Shown: positions 40,301 through 55,300 of the stretch, in pieces
Position numbering within the stretch: position 1 is the first letter of the stretch
Layout of the letters: each line of letters starts with the position of its first letter
Source: Blastocystis sp. subtype 4
Taxonomy: Eukaryota
Length of the DNA stretch: 64,000 bases
Assembly (NCBI RefSeq): GCF_000743755.1
Contig: NW_014569529.1
Span: 1 to 64,000, forward strand
Direction of reading: 5' to 3'
Made by a program: the position numbers and the translations under genes
The notes under the pieces: model-generated
The model's input: the letters and a program-made list of their open reading frames with translations, nothing else
The model's database searches: none
What the model was told of the DNA's origin: nothing

Positions 40301-43300
40301 GCATATTGCCAACGTGTTATTCACGGATGCTAGTATTGAGAGATACGTGTTGTGCTACCGTCCTGAGGGAGAGATCTACACGAAGTTGGAGGCATTTGCG
40401 ATTACAGTGCGTGATCAGCGTAACATTATCGATTTCGCATCGATCCTGGAGCACTTCTCTGTAGTGGGCGAGACTGAGACATATGAGATTGAAGAGGATA
40501 ACATTGTGGATGGTGATCGTATGATGTGGTCGTTAGATGGATGTGTGACTGCGGCTCCTGGTACTACGGAGAAGATGATTGAGAATAGAACATTCACAAT
40601 GGCTTATTCTACGGTGTTTATGGGTGCCTCTCTCTGTATGAAATTCGTGGGTACTCGCAATTGGGCTGAATACACCAATCAGAAGATGTCCGTGTTGTCT
40701 GTGTTCAATGTCCAGCCTCGTGTGTTCAGTCGAGGTGTGGCTACCTCTGCTCAGATTGATGGTTTCGGAGTGAATGAAGAAGCTTATGGTTATCTGGGTG
40801 TTACTTGTGATGGTACTGCTGATGATATGTTTACGGAAGAGTTCAACGGAACTTCTACGACGGTGACTGTGACTCGTGCACAAGCGAACCTGATTCTGTG
40901 TATGAGATTCCGTTCATATGCTCATTTCTACTCCTTCAGTAATATCACGTTCCTGGCTCGCGGTGTGGAGCAGGTGACGCTGCTAGAGACGAATCCTCGT
41001 GCTGGTTCTGCGAAGTTGAGTCTTGCAGGTCCTGGTTTGGGCTATGATACTTGCGGATTCTCTGAGGATCTGACTGCTTCTTCGAGCTTCCTGACCTCGG
41101 GTATTGAATCGATTGCCTTGTCGAAGACTTATCCTGAGAATGCAGAGGCTTATGTGTTGTTCGACGGTAATTCTCGTACGGCTCTGTCATTCAATACGAA
41201 TGAGAATGGAACAATAGACATCTACTTGTCTGGACCTTATGTGTTCACTCGTGTGGATGTGTACGCTGGTTCGGGACCTGCTGCTCCAAAGGATATTCAG
41301 GTGTATGCTGTGCATAATGAGGCCTTGGAGTTGTTGGCTTCATGGACGAAGCCGAACGAGATTGGTTGGAGTGAATCTCCTTCATTCAGCATGCAGGCCA
41401 CTCATTTCCGTATCGTGTTCGCTAACAGCTATGATGATTCATTCAATTATATCCGTATAAGTCAGATTCGTCTGCATGGATTTGCTCCTGTGGTTAACGG
41501 TGCTGTGACGATTGTGACTGATGATGATTGCAGCAATGTGAAGGCTACGACACTGGTATCATTGTGTGAACCCATTGCTGTTGTGGTTCCTGGTCATGGT
41601 GTTGGTTACAGTGTCTGCTTCGACTTTGGTGAAGGCGTTTCTCGTCTGGTGCCGAATAGTCACTTCGATTTGTACCAGGCTACTGGTATTGCGTTCACTT
41701 CAGGTGATGCTTCCTCGATCGTGGCTGGTACGACGAAGGACTTGCAGATTCTCGGAGCGATTCCTGCATTTACTCAGGTTCGTTTCGTAGTTGCAGAGGC
41801 TGACGATACGTTGGAGACTCTTGAGAGTAAGTGTAACGATGCATCCGTCACTTTGATGACTGTGGATGTGGTGGATTCTGTGGCTATGAATGTAACTTTC
41901 ACAGAGGGTGTGGAGAAGATGTATGTGTGCTACAATTTCCCTGAATCGACCCTGTATCGTCGTCTGGAGGAGAGAGATGAGGGTTGGTCTGTACTGGATG
42001 CATCCTTCATGGTCAAGTCGTTGAATGAGGTGACTCCTTCCTTCTTGGTTGCTGGTGTGCAGAGCACAGTGACTTTCACAGGTATTGGCCTGGAAGGTAC
42101 TTCAGTGGGTCTTGCTAAGGGTGAGTGTTCGGAAGTATCGTACACTCCGATTGTTAATGGAAAGGCAGATCTGGCCCCGGCTCTGGGTATGACAGGCGAG
42201 TTGAATGTGTGTATGCTGTTCCCTAACGAGCAGCCTATGGCTCAGAAGACAGTGGCGATTGCCTCAGTGAATTCTCAGGCTCTGACCAACATTGTTAACG
42301 TGCCTCATCGTGTGACCATCTCGGGTCAATATGTGGCTGCTGGTGATCGTGTTGGAGTGATGGTAGATGGTGTGTGTGATATGAGTCAGGGTGGATTGTT
42401 GGATGAGAACCTCTCGTTCTTGCTACAGTTGAACTACCTGGGTCGCTGGACACTTTGCTACAAGTTCATGGGTTACCGCACGCCTATTCCTGTGAACATC
42501 ACGGTGAATGTGGTTGTGGAGACTCTAAACTTCTATCCTGCCTTTGTAGTGAGTGGAGCGAGCAACTACTTGGAAGTATTGATTCCTGCATTCAATGAGG
42601 AGGATACAGTGACACTGAATGGTGAAGAAGGTGTGTCGTCAGTCGTGAATGGTACAAAGTTTGTGTCGTTCAGTACTATGGAGTTCACGAACTCGACAGT
42701 GACGATGGTCTACAATCATACTTATGCTGGTGAGATTTCAATGACTCTTCCTGTGTACACAGTTGCTTTGAACAAGAAGGGATCGTACTTCAATCAGGCT
42801 GAGGTGGTTTCTGTGTCTGGTACTGGTTCTGAGTCCATTAATGCTATTGGTTTCGCTACGGATGAGTGTACTCGTTCAATGGAATTGTACCCTGTGACTT
42901 CCAAGGAGTCGATCGTGAATGTGACATCCATGGGTGAGTACCACGTGTGTGTGTCTTACGTCAATGCTCCTGCTCTCATCTTCGTATCTACTGTTACTTT
43001 CAAGGTAGTGGGTATCGATACCTATAGTATTCCTGTATGGGTTGCTGAACTACCTCTGCCTACAACGATCCATCATCTTGGTGTGGAGAAGGTGATGGTG
43101 TCGGGTGTGGGTCTGTCGAGCAAGGATGTGTTGTATCTGACGACATCGGATTGTTCGAATCCTGAATATAACCTTGTGGATACTGTTTATGAGTCTGCTG
43201 GTACAGAGCGTGTGAGCTTCTCGGATGAGTTGGTGTTTAACGCGACACAGAATACTATGTATACTGTGTGTTACTACTTCGATGAGCTGAATACTGTGTA

Positions 43301-46300
43301 TCTCACATCTCTTACAATGACGGTGTATCCTATGGTGTTCCCTGTGACGTTGGTACCTACGAATCCTGTGATTCTGGGTGCTGCTGAGACGACCTCTTTG
43401 AATGTCACTCTGAATCGCTATGTGGAGGTGACTGCAGGCGATAAGGTCTATGTGGGCGATGCGGAATGTACTTATGAGAACCAATTGATGGAGGAGGTGA
43501 GCAATGAGATGGTATTCACTGTGCATGCTTTGACTGGACTTCAGTCCATCTGCTATGCTTATGGTGGTAATGTGAATCTGGTGGCTCAGTTGGATACGTT
43601 CACTGTAAGTAAGTATTCGGGTCTGTCGACAACAAAGTTCGCTGTTGGTGTGACAACACGTGTTGTGGTTGGTGTGATTAATGCTGCTGAGGGCGATCTG
43701 GTGGCGATTGCAAATGCAGATGGTAACTATGTGGCTGAGTTTGCCATGAAGGTGGATGAGGAGACTTGGTTCGAGTTCAGTTACAGTGAGTCTGGTGAGT
43801 ACATGGTATATTACAAGTACGCTCATAGTACGGAGTGGTTCCCGACTTCGGAAGTTGTGACAGTGGCGGAGGTGAAAACTGTGTATCCTGTGGATCTAGT
43901 GATGGGAGAGACTCATCTTTTCGAGTTCGTTGGTTATGCATTGAGTGAAGAGGATCGCTACATGATCTCTTCGAATGATCAGTGTGATGGTGCTTCAGAG
44001 GAGGGTCTGTTAAGATCGGAGCCAATGACATTCTCGAATGCTGGTAACTTCTCTCTGTGTTACTACTACGCTGATGTGGGTGCTACAGTCGTGGAGATGA
44101 TTACTGTTCATGCTATCACGTACAGCGGTACTTCGGAGTTTGTGAATGGAGTGACTGAGTTTGTGATCATTGATGGTCTGACAGATGAAGATACAGTGCG
44201 TTATGTCCGTGGCATGGATTGTGAGGAGAGTATAATTGTGGAGCAGGAGTATGTGGAAGGAGGAATGAATGTGACTCTGTTTGCATCATTTGCTCCAATT
44301 TCTGTGTGCTACCTCTTGGCCTCTCGTAAGGATTACTACAGAGATGTGACTGTACGTTCTTCAGGTGTGGAGTATGTGTCTTCTTCTGTGTGGTTGAGTG
44401 ATGTGATTACCCTTCCTGATACTTTCGTATTCCATTCTACCTTCTTGGCTGTGGGTGATGAAGTGTCCTTTGTTATGGACGACGAAGAGGTGAAGGCTCA
44501 TGTGACGAATGTGTCTGTGAATGGTGCTACCATTTCGTCGGTGATGTTCACCAAGACTGGTGAGTATTCTGTGGAGTTCCTCTTCAAGGCTATTAACAAA
44601 CGATACACGAGTTCGTTCACTGTGACAGTATTGAATTCTGCTGTGGATATGGTTGGATTCAAGAGTGTGCGTCGTATCAATCCGATGACTGGTATCCCTG
44701 TTCCCTTCCCTGTTGCCTTCTTGGGTGTGTTCGATCTGGTACCTGTGACTGTGAAGTATGTGTCAGAGAGTTGTGAGGAATCTGCCATACCTAGTACAGA
44801 GTTGTCTCTCTATGAACAGGGTCAGGAAGCATCCTTCTCGTTCCCTTCGGCTTCTGAATATCATTTCTGTGTGAAGTATGGTGAGGATGCTTGGAAGGAA
44901 ATGGAGAGTTACAAGCTCACCTTCATGACACTGGAGCCAAATAGCATTGTGGCGAATGTGGACGTTGCAACAACCTTCCAGTTGACTGGACAGGGTATTC
45001 AGGATGGTGATCTGATCCGCTGGACAGAGGACTCATGTAAGAATGCTGCTGTAATATCTGTGGTGCAGGACAGTGCTACTACTGTGACAGTGCCTTCGAA
45101 TATTGAGGGAAGCCGTCTGTATCTGTGCTATAAGATCCAAGGCGATAGTGAGTATATGTTGTTCACGGACAACGTGGTGAATATTCGTGGAGGTTTTGTC
45201 GTATCTCCTTCGATTACTTTTGAGGGTGTGGAGACCATAGTAACAGTGGAGGCTCGTAGCTGGAACTACACAGATATTATCAAGTTTGTACCTGAGGAAG
45301 AGAGCTGTGAGGCTGAGGGCTTCGAGTACAGTTTCGTTGAGGAGACCACAACTGTGACAGTGAACTTCTCTACACCGGGTGTGTACAAGATGTGTTATCA
45401 GTACGCTGATGTTATCATGGAGGTGCCTCAGTACACGATGACTGTCCATAGTCTGTCTATTGAGAGCACGGTGGTTCTGGTTGAGGAAGTGAAGCAGGCT
45501 GTGAAATTGGAGTTTTTGAACACGGGAGTGGAGGTGACTGAGGAGAAGGAACTGCCTTCAGATCAGTTGGTCATTGATCGTGAGCAGTCTTCAGAGGCTA
45601 CTCGTGGTGATGTGAGTTCGATAACAGATGGCAAGGACTACACGTATGCTGGATTCTCTGTTGCTAAGGATGTGACACTGGTGTATACGCTAGCAAAGCC
45701 TGTGGCTCTGAGTGCTGTGGATCTGTTGTCGGTGAGTGGAACTCGTTCGGTGAAGAAGGTTAGCTTCTACACGTCTGTGCACACAGTGACTGGACCTTGG
45801 AAGCTGTGGAATCAGTTGGAGCTTGAGGAAGAGCCTAAAGAGAAGGTATCACTGAATGGCTCGTACACGGTGGCTCGGTACGTGAAGGTGGTGGTGAACG
45901 CGAACTTTGGAGCCAAGTCTACGATCATTCATGATCTCCGCTTCCACTATGTGTCCGAGTCAGGTGAGTCTAAGGTACGATTCGTGGATCCTTCGATCAT
46001 GAGTGCCATGGAGTGCGAGAGTAAGGGTGGATCTCAGATTGCCGAAGTGTTCGATTATGCTAACGAGGCTATCATTGAAACTGATAATGTGGAGAATGAT
46101 TTTGTGTTGTGTGCTCATATGAACGGAATGTGGGTTGTGTTCCGTCAAGTCCGTGCTCAGATGAAGTCAGTGACAGATGTGTCCCCGGTTGCCTTTATCA
46201 CTGGAAGCGAGTATGAGTTGACTCTTACTGGTTCCAACTTGAGTGCTGATGATTCTGTGTTCTTCACTGCTGATTCTTGTGAGTCTACGGATGTATTTGA

Positions 46301-49300
46301 TGGCGAGCGTATTTCGGATACGAAGGTAATGGTGACGATGTCGTCGAGCATCGGTAATCCTCTTTATCTGTGCTACAGACTTGTGAGTAATATGACTGTG
46401 AAGGTGGATATTCCTTTGACTATCTTCGAGACGAGCTTCTCAGTGAACTCCTCTCTGGAGGTGTTCCCTGGATCAACTGTGACGGTTTCGGGTGGTGCCA
46501 TCTCAACTAGAGATAGTGTGAAGATTGTGGCTGCAGATGCAGAGTGTTCTGGAGAGGCTGTGGCTACATATCCTGTCCAACAGACGGAGAAGATGTTCAT
46601 TCAGTTGGACAAGACTTTGCCTGCGGTTGAGGCACAGTACAAGATGTGCTACTTGTTTAATGGCGAGGTGATTAGTCAGAATGAGTATTTGATGAATGTG
46701 TACAGGTTGACAATGGAGAATAGTCTGTTCCGTGGTATCAATACTAAGCTGAGTGTACAGACGGGTATGGATCTGAAGAATGCTTCTCTGGTACTTCGTG
46801 ATGCAGATACAGAATTGACAGTGCCTGTGCAGCATGTTTCGAGCAATGAATACTTTGTCCAGGTGACTCTGCCTATGACAATGGGTAATTCGCTGACGGT
46901 GTCTGTCCAGAAGGGTGAGGAGATCATCTTGACGGATGTAGTGCTGACAGTACAGACTCCTGTTGTGACTTCGGTGACTCCTAGCGTTGCTTATCTGGGC
47001 GATGAGACTACCTTCAACTTTGTTGGATCAGGTCTGGGTGTTGGTGAGGCTGCAGATCGTGTAATCTTCACAACGGATTCGTGCGAGAGTGGAGTGGTTG
47101 CAAACCATACTCTTGTCGAGAATAGTGCGACTGTCCTGTTCACAGAAGCTATGTTGGAGGTCCACATATGTGTGTCTTTTAGCGATGGAGCTTTCATCCT
47201 GCTGGAGGAACCTTCGGTGACGGTCCGTGGAGTGTCTGCGTTGAATCCTACGTCGGCGGTAATCGGTCAAGAAGTGGCGATTGCCTTCACGGGTGTGGGC
47301 ATTGCTGATGGTGATAACGTGGCGTTTGTTGCTCCTGGTGACAGTTGCAATGAGGCTATTGTGGAGAGTGTTGTGGAGAATGGAGAGGTTGTGGTAACCT
47401 TCACCGGAGTGTCGAACACGATGGAGATGTGCTACTCTTTCCAGGAGTCTTCTGCAGGTCTGATTAAGCAGCCAGTGGAGTTAATGTTGACTGAAAACTC
47501 TTCGATTCCTGAGGTAGATACTGAAGAACCGATATCCTTGTTGGCATTTGTGAACGTGGAGCAGAATCTATACTTCCCTAACTTGGAAGTGGGCAGTCGT
47601 GTCTCCTGGACGGAGGGATTGGATTGTGAGAAGATGGTTATAGAACCTCAACGTGTGAATAACGACAACAAGGTTACGGTGGAGTTCACCAAGGGTGCTA
47701 GCGATATGAAACTGTGTGTGTCCACGAATGGTGTGGACTTTGACTTGAAGCCTAATGTGACTATGACTGTGGTGGAGGTGGAGTCGGTGGTAAGTGAGTT
47801 AGTGATGGGTCTGCAGGAGGAGGTGACGATTCCGGGAACTGGCCTGGATCTGGCTACGGAGGCTTTCTTCATTGCTGTGGCGGGTCGTCGTCTGGATGCT
47901 GCTGTGTCTTGCGTTGGTGGCGAGCGTGTGTCAACAATTGCTAAGGTGCAGGATGGTTTGATTAGCGTAACTATCACGAAGCCTGTGGATCGTGCTCAGT
48001 TGTGTCTGGTGTTCCCTGATCACATGGCTATGGCGTTCCTTCCTACGATGTCTGTGGTGTACATGGATGAGATGCCTCACATTTCGGTTCCTAATATGCA
48101 ACCTTCAACCCAGATCCTACCTCTTCATAACATTCCTGTGTTTGGTGACTTCGAGGAGCTGAGCAAGAATGAGGAGTTGTGTAGTAAGTTGATCGTTGAG
48201 ACAATGTGTGAGTCGGACTCGGATTTGAAGGATCTCTTCTTGAATAATACTTTCAATAACGTGACGTTAGTACGTAATGGAGCTGATTCTCTGTCTCTGA
48301 CACTACGCTTCCCTGAGGTTATGGAGGTGGATCGTGTGGAGATGACGGCAATGAGCAATGAGACTTCTCCTAAATCATTTACGGTAAGTGCTATCAATGC
48401 TGCTGGTGAAAAGGAGTTTATTGATTCGAAGGAGTTGGATAATCTCGAGTTCTTGGATCCTTACTATGACGTGTCTTTGACAACGCCATTCGTTACGGAC
48501 GTAATTGAGTTCACGTTCGAGTCTTTCGATGAGGAGAATCTGCAGGTGACCTTGAGTTCTATTGATGTCTTCTTGCGTCCTATACAGAAGCAGGTGGTGT
48601 CATTTGTGAGTGTCTCAGAGTCGCGTCGTTTGGAGGATATAGAAAGTGTATGTGAGGATGGTACCAAGGTGATTCCTCCTACCTATCTGTTTGGTGCGGA
48701 TACTGCGATGGGTAATAATCGTCTGGAGTTTGTGGCTAAGATCCCTGTGGACTTGGCAGTGATGTGTTACAAGTTCGGTTCGAAGCCATGGAAGGTGTAT
48801 AATGATGTGACTCTGTCTGTGGGTAACATCGAGTACTTCAACACGACATCTGAGTTGATTGTGGTCGGTAAGCCAGTTGATGTGGCATTGACTGGAACGG
48901 GTATTCGCAATGGTGATGAGATGTTCTTCGTGAGTGCTTCAGCGACTGAGTGTAGTGAAGATAAGGCCATTAGTTCTGTAGCTGTTGTGGAGAACCGAAT
49001 TGCTTCTGTTGTGTTCAATGCTAGTGGACGTAGTAAGATGTGTTATAGCTTCGGTAGTTATGGATTCTTTATGCCCAATCTTCTTCCCATTACTGCTGTA
49101 TCCTTCAACTCTTTGCAGACTCAGTCGTTCATTGTGGCTGGACATGCTTTCACTGCTGTTGTGTCTGGCGAAGGTTTATCTAATTTGGATCGTGTGCGAT
49201 TCCTTCCTGAGGGTTCTGATTGCTCGGATATGCGTTATGAGTTTGTTGTGGCTAATAATATGCTCAGTGCTTCTCTATCTGAGGGTGGTGTGTATTCTGT

Positions 49301-52300
49301 ATGCTATGGATTTGCTGGAACTACATGGTTCGAGACTGGTGAGAAATTGGAGGTGGCTTCAGTCACGGGAGTTCGTCCGAACATATTGTATGTGTCTGAG
49401 ATAAATACATACACTTTCGTGGGTCATCTGTTGTCAGTAGGAAGCAGTAACGATGAGGTGCGTCTGATCTCAGGCAATGATTGTGAGGATTATGTGAATA
49501 TGACTCCACTGTATGTGGTTGATTCACAAGTGACGATAAAGTTGGATTCCATTGAAGCTTCCTCATTGACGGTATGCTACAAGTTCGGTCAGTCAGATGA
49601 GTGGATTGATACAGGTGTGACTCTGACTGTAGTGAATTCTCTGGCTCTGACGGCGGTGACACCATCTGTTGTATTTGCTAATGAGGATGTGATGTTCACC
49701 TTTGATGTAACGGGAGCTTCGGAGAACGATTTGATGTCAGTGGGCCCGGATTGCCGTTCTGCAGAGAAGAAGAACTTAACTGAATCAGTGATTCTGCCTG
49801 CTGGAAAGAGTAGTGTGTGCTACTGGTTCGGTGGTATGATCGTGAAGTCTAAAGAAGTGGATGTTGTGAGTGTGAACAGCCATCCAGATCTTTTGTACAT
49901 TGTCAAGGCTGTACCTGAGGAGATTTCCGTGACGGGTGTTCTGATTTCTTCTGGCGCTACGGTGAGAATGATCTATAATGAGGGTGATGAAAGAGACTTC
50001 ACTGTACAATCTGGTAAGGTGACAATCGTGCCTCCTTTTGGTGGCAGTTTCACTCTGGTGTATTGTCTGGACAGTGGTTGCAATACATCGAAGGAGTTTG
50101 CTTCGGGTGTTGTGTTGGAGATTGAGTCGATTGATAAGGATCATCTGTTGGCTGGTGCTGAGACGGAATTCATCATTTCGGGCTACGGTATGAAGGCTAA
50201 TGATAGAGTCATGTTCGAGGCTCTGGAGACTGAGGGTCAGACTAGTACTTGCAGTGAAGAAGATGTGGATGCTACATTGAGTCTGGAAGATAGCAACACG
50301 GTGCGTATCACTGTGGCTTCCATGAAGGGAAACTGTGTGGGTAAACAGTTCGCTGTGTTCTACCAATTCCAAGATGTGGAGAGGCCAGTTAATACAGGTC
50401 GTGTGATGACTGTGGAGCGTGCTAAGATTGAGATTGAGTCGAATTTGGTATTCGCTGTTCCTCCTGGAGGAATGAAGCCTGTGACTATTCCTATTGGTGG
50501 TTACTTCCCTGAGGGCTCAACTCCATATGTGAAGTTCCAGTTGAAGAGTAAGAGTGGTTCGACCGCTGGAGGCATAACCTACGAGGTGATCGAGAATAAG
50601 ATCACAGTGCAAGAATTAGAGGGTAAGGATGACGTGTATCAGATCTGTTATACAATCGACAATGTGCAATGGGATTGTATCCCTGGCTCGGATGTGTACT
50701 TCAAGTCCATTAAGAGTGGTACTGTGGCTGTGGCTCAGCCTTATGTCCCTACAAGCTACACATTGTCTGCTTATGAGGATTCGTTGAGTGCTGACGATCA
50801 GTTTAAGTGGGTGTTACATGGCTGCTCAGATGTGGTATCCTATCCTGGAGAGATCGATGGTGATAAGCATAAGGTGGTGGTAGATGATGTAAATGACAAG
50901 GAGTTGACTCTTTGCTACAAGTTCAGTGGAACTGAGGAGTATGTCTACTACCCAGATGTGAAGCTACGTGTTGTATCTGTGACTACGCGTTATCCTAACA
51001 AGGTGGTTGTGTCAAAGTCAAAGCCAACGGATATTCATTACACTGGTAGCAATTTGGATGATCTGCAGGTGGTGTATGTGAAGCCTGAGGCTGAAGACTG
51101 TACAGAAGATATGAGGGTGTCTAATATAGCTACGATTTCGAATGAAATGGCGAAGGTAACATTCAACAGTTCTGCTATTGGAGCTAAGATGTGTATTGGT
51201 GTGGATGATAAGTTCACGATGATCTCAGATCCTCTGTTGACGATGACTGCTGTGAATCTGACTGCTGTCCACTCGTTCTATGCTAATTCGGAATTACCTT
51301 ATGTGACCTTCGATTCTATTCCTCTGGTGTTCACCACATCAGTGCCTGTACTTCGTCGGTATCATAGTGAGGTATCAACGAACTGGTTCGCTGAGGATTG
51401 TGGTCGTGTCAGTCATGTAATCAATGCTACAGAGATGGTTGGAGGCGTGTTGGAGTTCCCTGTGGACGGTGTTTGCGCTGGTACAGAGGGTCACTGGGTG
51501 ATGCTAGATCTAGGCGAGTCGAAGAATGTGCGTGAGGTGCGCTTCGCTCAGCTGAGCAATGTGAAGTCGGTGACTGTGAGTTATCTGCATGCACCTGACC
51601 GATACACCTTCAAGGTGGCCATCGAGAAGACGCCAGAGGAGACGGTGACGGGAGCCCTTGTAGTGCCTGTGAACTTCGTGGGTCGTTACTTGAAGTTGCA
51701 ATTCATGCCTAAGGATGAAAAGAAATCGATGTTGGTATCTCTGTTCAGTCTGGAACTGTCGAGTTCAGAACCTGCATTTGGTGACCAGCCTGTAGAACAA
51801 GTGTTTATCGAGCCTCAAGGCAGTATGACGGAGCAGCCCCCAACAGAACAGATGTTGACTCGTTTGGATCGTTCTGTGGAGTATCAGTTCGAGAAGGGAG
51901 GCAAGTATCAGGTGTGGTACAAGTTCTTCGGCACGGTATGGCATAAGTACAGTTATTACCAGATGAGAGGTATACGTGTTGATAACTTGACTTCAATCGA
52001 GTCTAACACGGCAATTGTGAATGTCCCCAAGATTATCACCTATAATAGCACGTATGGTATCGTATCTGAACAGGATCGTGTGTATTACATCCCGAAGGCG
52101 GAGGGAGCTCGTTGTACTCCGGAGTTGGCTGTAAATTCAGTACGTGTGAATACGGAGCCGTTCAACTTCACGACAGTGGGTGAGTTCTATACTTGTTACA
52201 AGTACAGCAAATATAACTTCGTGGATGAGTATGTCCTATACACTGCTCCAGAATTGACTGTTACTGTCTACGATACACCTGATCTGTCTGTTGGACCACT

Positions 52301-55300
52301 CTACTTGATTACCCATCAGGAGTCGCGTATCACCATAACTGGTAAGGGTGTATCTCCTCGAGACACTGCTACGTTGTCTGTAGTATGTCCACCTGTGGAG
52401 AACAGACCATTCATTGACCTACCCCTGCAATCTGCTGGTGATCTGAAGGATAAGGTGTATGCAGATGTGACTGTGAATTATGAGGAGAAGGAGTTCAAAG
52501 TGTGTTACAAGTATGAGTACACTGATACCTATCTGGAGATCAGTGGTACCATTCATATGGTGTTGCTCACTGGTATCTTGCCTGAGGAAGCTGTTGCAGG
52601 ACGCAATAATTCGATGATTCTAGAGGGCATGGAGTTACTTACAGGTGATGAAGTGAAGCTGATTAAGAAGGGTGAAGACTGTAAGAATGACGAGGGCATT
52701 TATTCGGTGGTGAAGGATAAACGTGCTGTAATGTTCTTCCCTGAGGAAGGTGAGACATATCATGCTTGTTATCGCTACAACACTGTGAGTAATGAGTGGT
52801 ATTCATATGAGTGGATTAAGGTGAATACTGTGGCTCTGACTGTGACTAGTGTGACACCGAATTTCGCATTTGTGGAGCATGAGGTGACTGTGACGATAGG
52901 AGGCCAAGGAGTGGCTACAAGCTGTGTGAAGTTCGTGCCTTACGGCAGTGGTTGCTCTAGAGAGATGGGTGATGAATACTACAAGACGATTTCGGCTGAT
53001 GGAAACTTCACAGTATTGTTAGATCCGAATCGGTATAGCCTGTGCTTCAGTTTCCAGTGTACCGATGCTTACGAGATGATAAGGGATCTGGAGTTTAGTG
53101 TGGTTGGTCTAACAAGTGTGGAACCTACTTTGTTGAATGCCTATGAGATCACGACCCTGAAGTTGAATGGTACGGGTATCACATACGGTGATGCTGTGAA
53201 GATGATTGGAATGGAGGAAGACTGTACGGAAGGAGCTCTTTATTCTCCTCTGGTAGTATCGCGTGATATGACGGTGGCGGTGTATCCGATTGTGGGAGGT
53301 GAGAAGAAGCTGTGTATTGAGATGCTGGTGTACGGCAACAAGGTGTGGCACGAAGCAGATCATCTTCCTATCCTTGTACGTGATATCCTTCCTGGCGAGC
53401 ATGTGGCTATCAAGGGAGTGGAGCACGTCTTCAATGTGACGGGTACGATTGGTGCTGTGTTGAATCGTGGCGATCAGATATTGTTCACGACGAGTGAAGC
53501 TGTGGTGGATTCAGATTGTATGAGCTATGCTGTCAACGAGCGTATCTGTGAAGTGGAGGAGGATGGAACCTTCAAGATGACATTCCTGGAGGCTGGCTTC
53601 GGCTTCAAGATGTGTGTGAAGTTCTCTGGATCGAATTCGTTCGTGCTTGCTCGCAATGTGACGGTGGATGTGCTTCATCTGGAGTCTGTTAGCAGACCAA
53701 TGATTGTGGCTGGTACGATGAATACTCTGACAGTGGAAGGTGTGGGTCTGGCTGCTGGAGACCGCTTGGCTGTGGTGCCCGTGGGTAATTCATGCCCTAC
53801 AGATCTGAATTCCTATTTCGAGGTGACTGGAGAGGAGACACTTACTGCGGACGTGATTGTGCCTACTGCGTTGAATGTGACCTACAAGGTGTGTTACAAG
53901 TTCGACCGATACACTACTCCGATTGCCTATGATTACTTCCTGTCAGTCTTGGATGTGGTAGCGATGACTTCAGAGACGATTGTGCGTCGTGTGCCTGTTA
54001 TGGTGACCTACAGTGGACCTGGTATTGGAAACGTGAACTACGAGGTAAGTGCTCTGGATCAGAGTGCTTGGACTGCTGGAGAGTTCACCTCTCTAGTGTC
54101 GGAGGGTCAAGCTCGTTTGGTAACGATGCCTGTGAGCTTCACTGTGACAATGTCGGAAACGAAGTTTGTGGAGGAAATTGCTCTTCGTGTGATTCCTGGA
54201 GCTGCTGGTCAGGTGTTGCCTCGTCCTTCGATTGCTGTGAGTTACATGTTCCATGGCTATGAGATTGAAGCAGAGTGTATGGTGACTGATGAGGAGAATG
54301 TGTTGACGGCATCATGCTTACCATTCGCTACAGACAACATGAAGGTTACCTTGACATCTGAGTCTACTGAGAACTATGCTGTGTCGCAATTCCTTGTGAA
54401 GGGAAGCAATCTGGAGGATAATGCATTCGTGTACTATCTGCCCGATAGCGAAGACGTGGATTGCACACAGGATCCTCCTGAATTCTATCCTGTGAGTCTG
54501 GCGACTGGAGAGGCTCTGTTAGTCTTCAGTGAGTTCGGTGCTATGAAGGCTTGCTTCCGCTTTGGTGGCTCGTTGTATGTGGAGCGTAGAAGTGTCCGTG
54601 CCGATGTGAACTTTGCCTATGTTGCAGATGTGTTGGTGTCGACTGTGGTAGTAGGTGACACTGAGAGCAAGGAGGTGACATTCTCGGGTCTGGGCATGTC
54701 AGAATATGATGAGTTCAAGGTGGTGTATGAGTCGTGTTCAGAGCCTGCTGTTGCGAATATGGAGGCGAATGTGGATAAGCATGGAGATAAGTTCGTTGCT
54801 CGTGTGAGACTCGATTCTTCGGATTATGATACGGTCCATCTGTGTTACCGCTTCAGTTCGAGTAAGTACTATCTGGTTCCTCAGATTCTGCCGGAGGCTG
54901 AAGAGATTCCTTTCACGATGAGTGTGAAGGATGTGAAGACATTCGAGGGTATGCCTGGTTTCGGTACTGCGATGTTGGTATCAGTAACGAAGCAATATGT
55001 TGTGGGTGGTTTCGGTATTTCGGATCAGGACAATGTGGTGTTCCGCAAGAACAGCTGTGATAACCTTGAGAGTTCTTTCAATGTGTTTAGTGGTAAAGTT
55101 GAGGTGCAGATAGATGAGCCGGGCGTGTACTACATGTGCTACCGCTTTAATGGAGAGCATTTCGTGATGTTCCCTAGTCATTCCATTCGTGTTGCTCAAG
55201 TAATCAGTGTTGAACCTCGTTATGTTGTGATTAATGAGGAGAACGAGGTGGAGATGCGTGGTGCTACCTTGATTGCTGATGATAAGTTCGGATTCACTCA

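Noticed and set aside
22377..53474. Four RGD tripeptides in the giant protein (near 22377, 28410, 45603, 53466)
   Set aside because: A few are expected by chance in 13,500 aa, and some fall in the repeat's own G-D consensus; no support for integrin binding.
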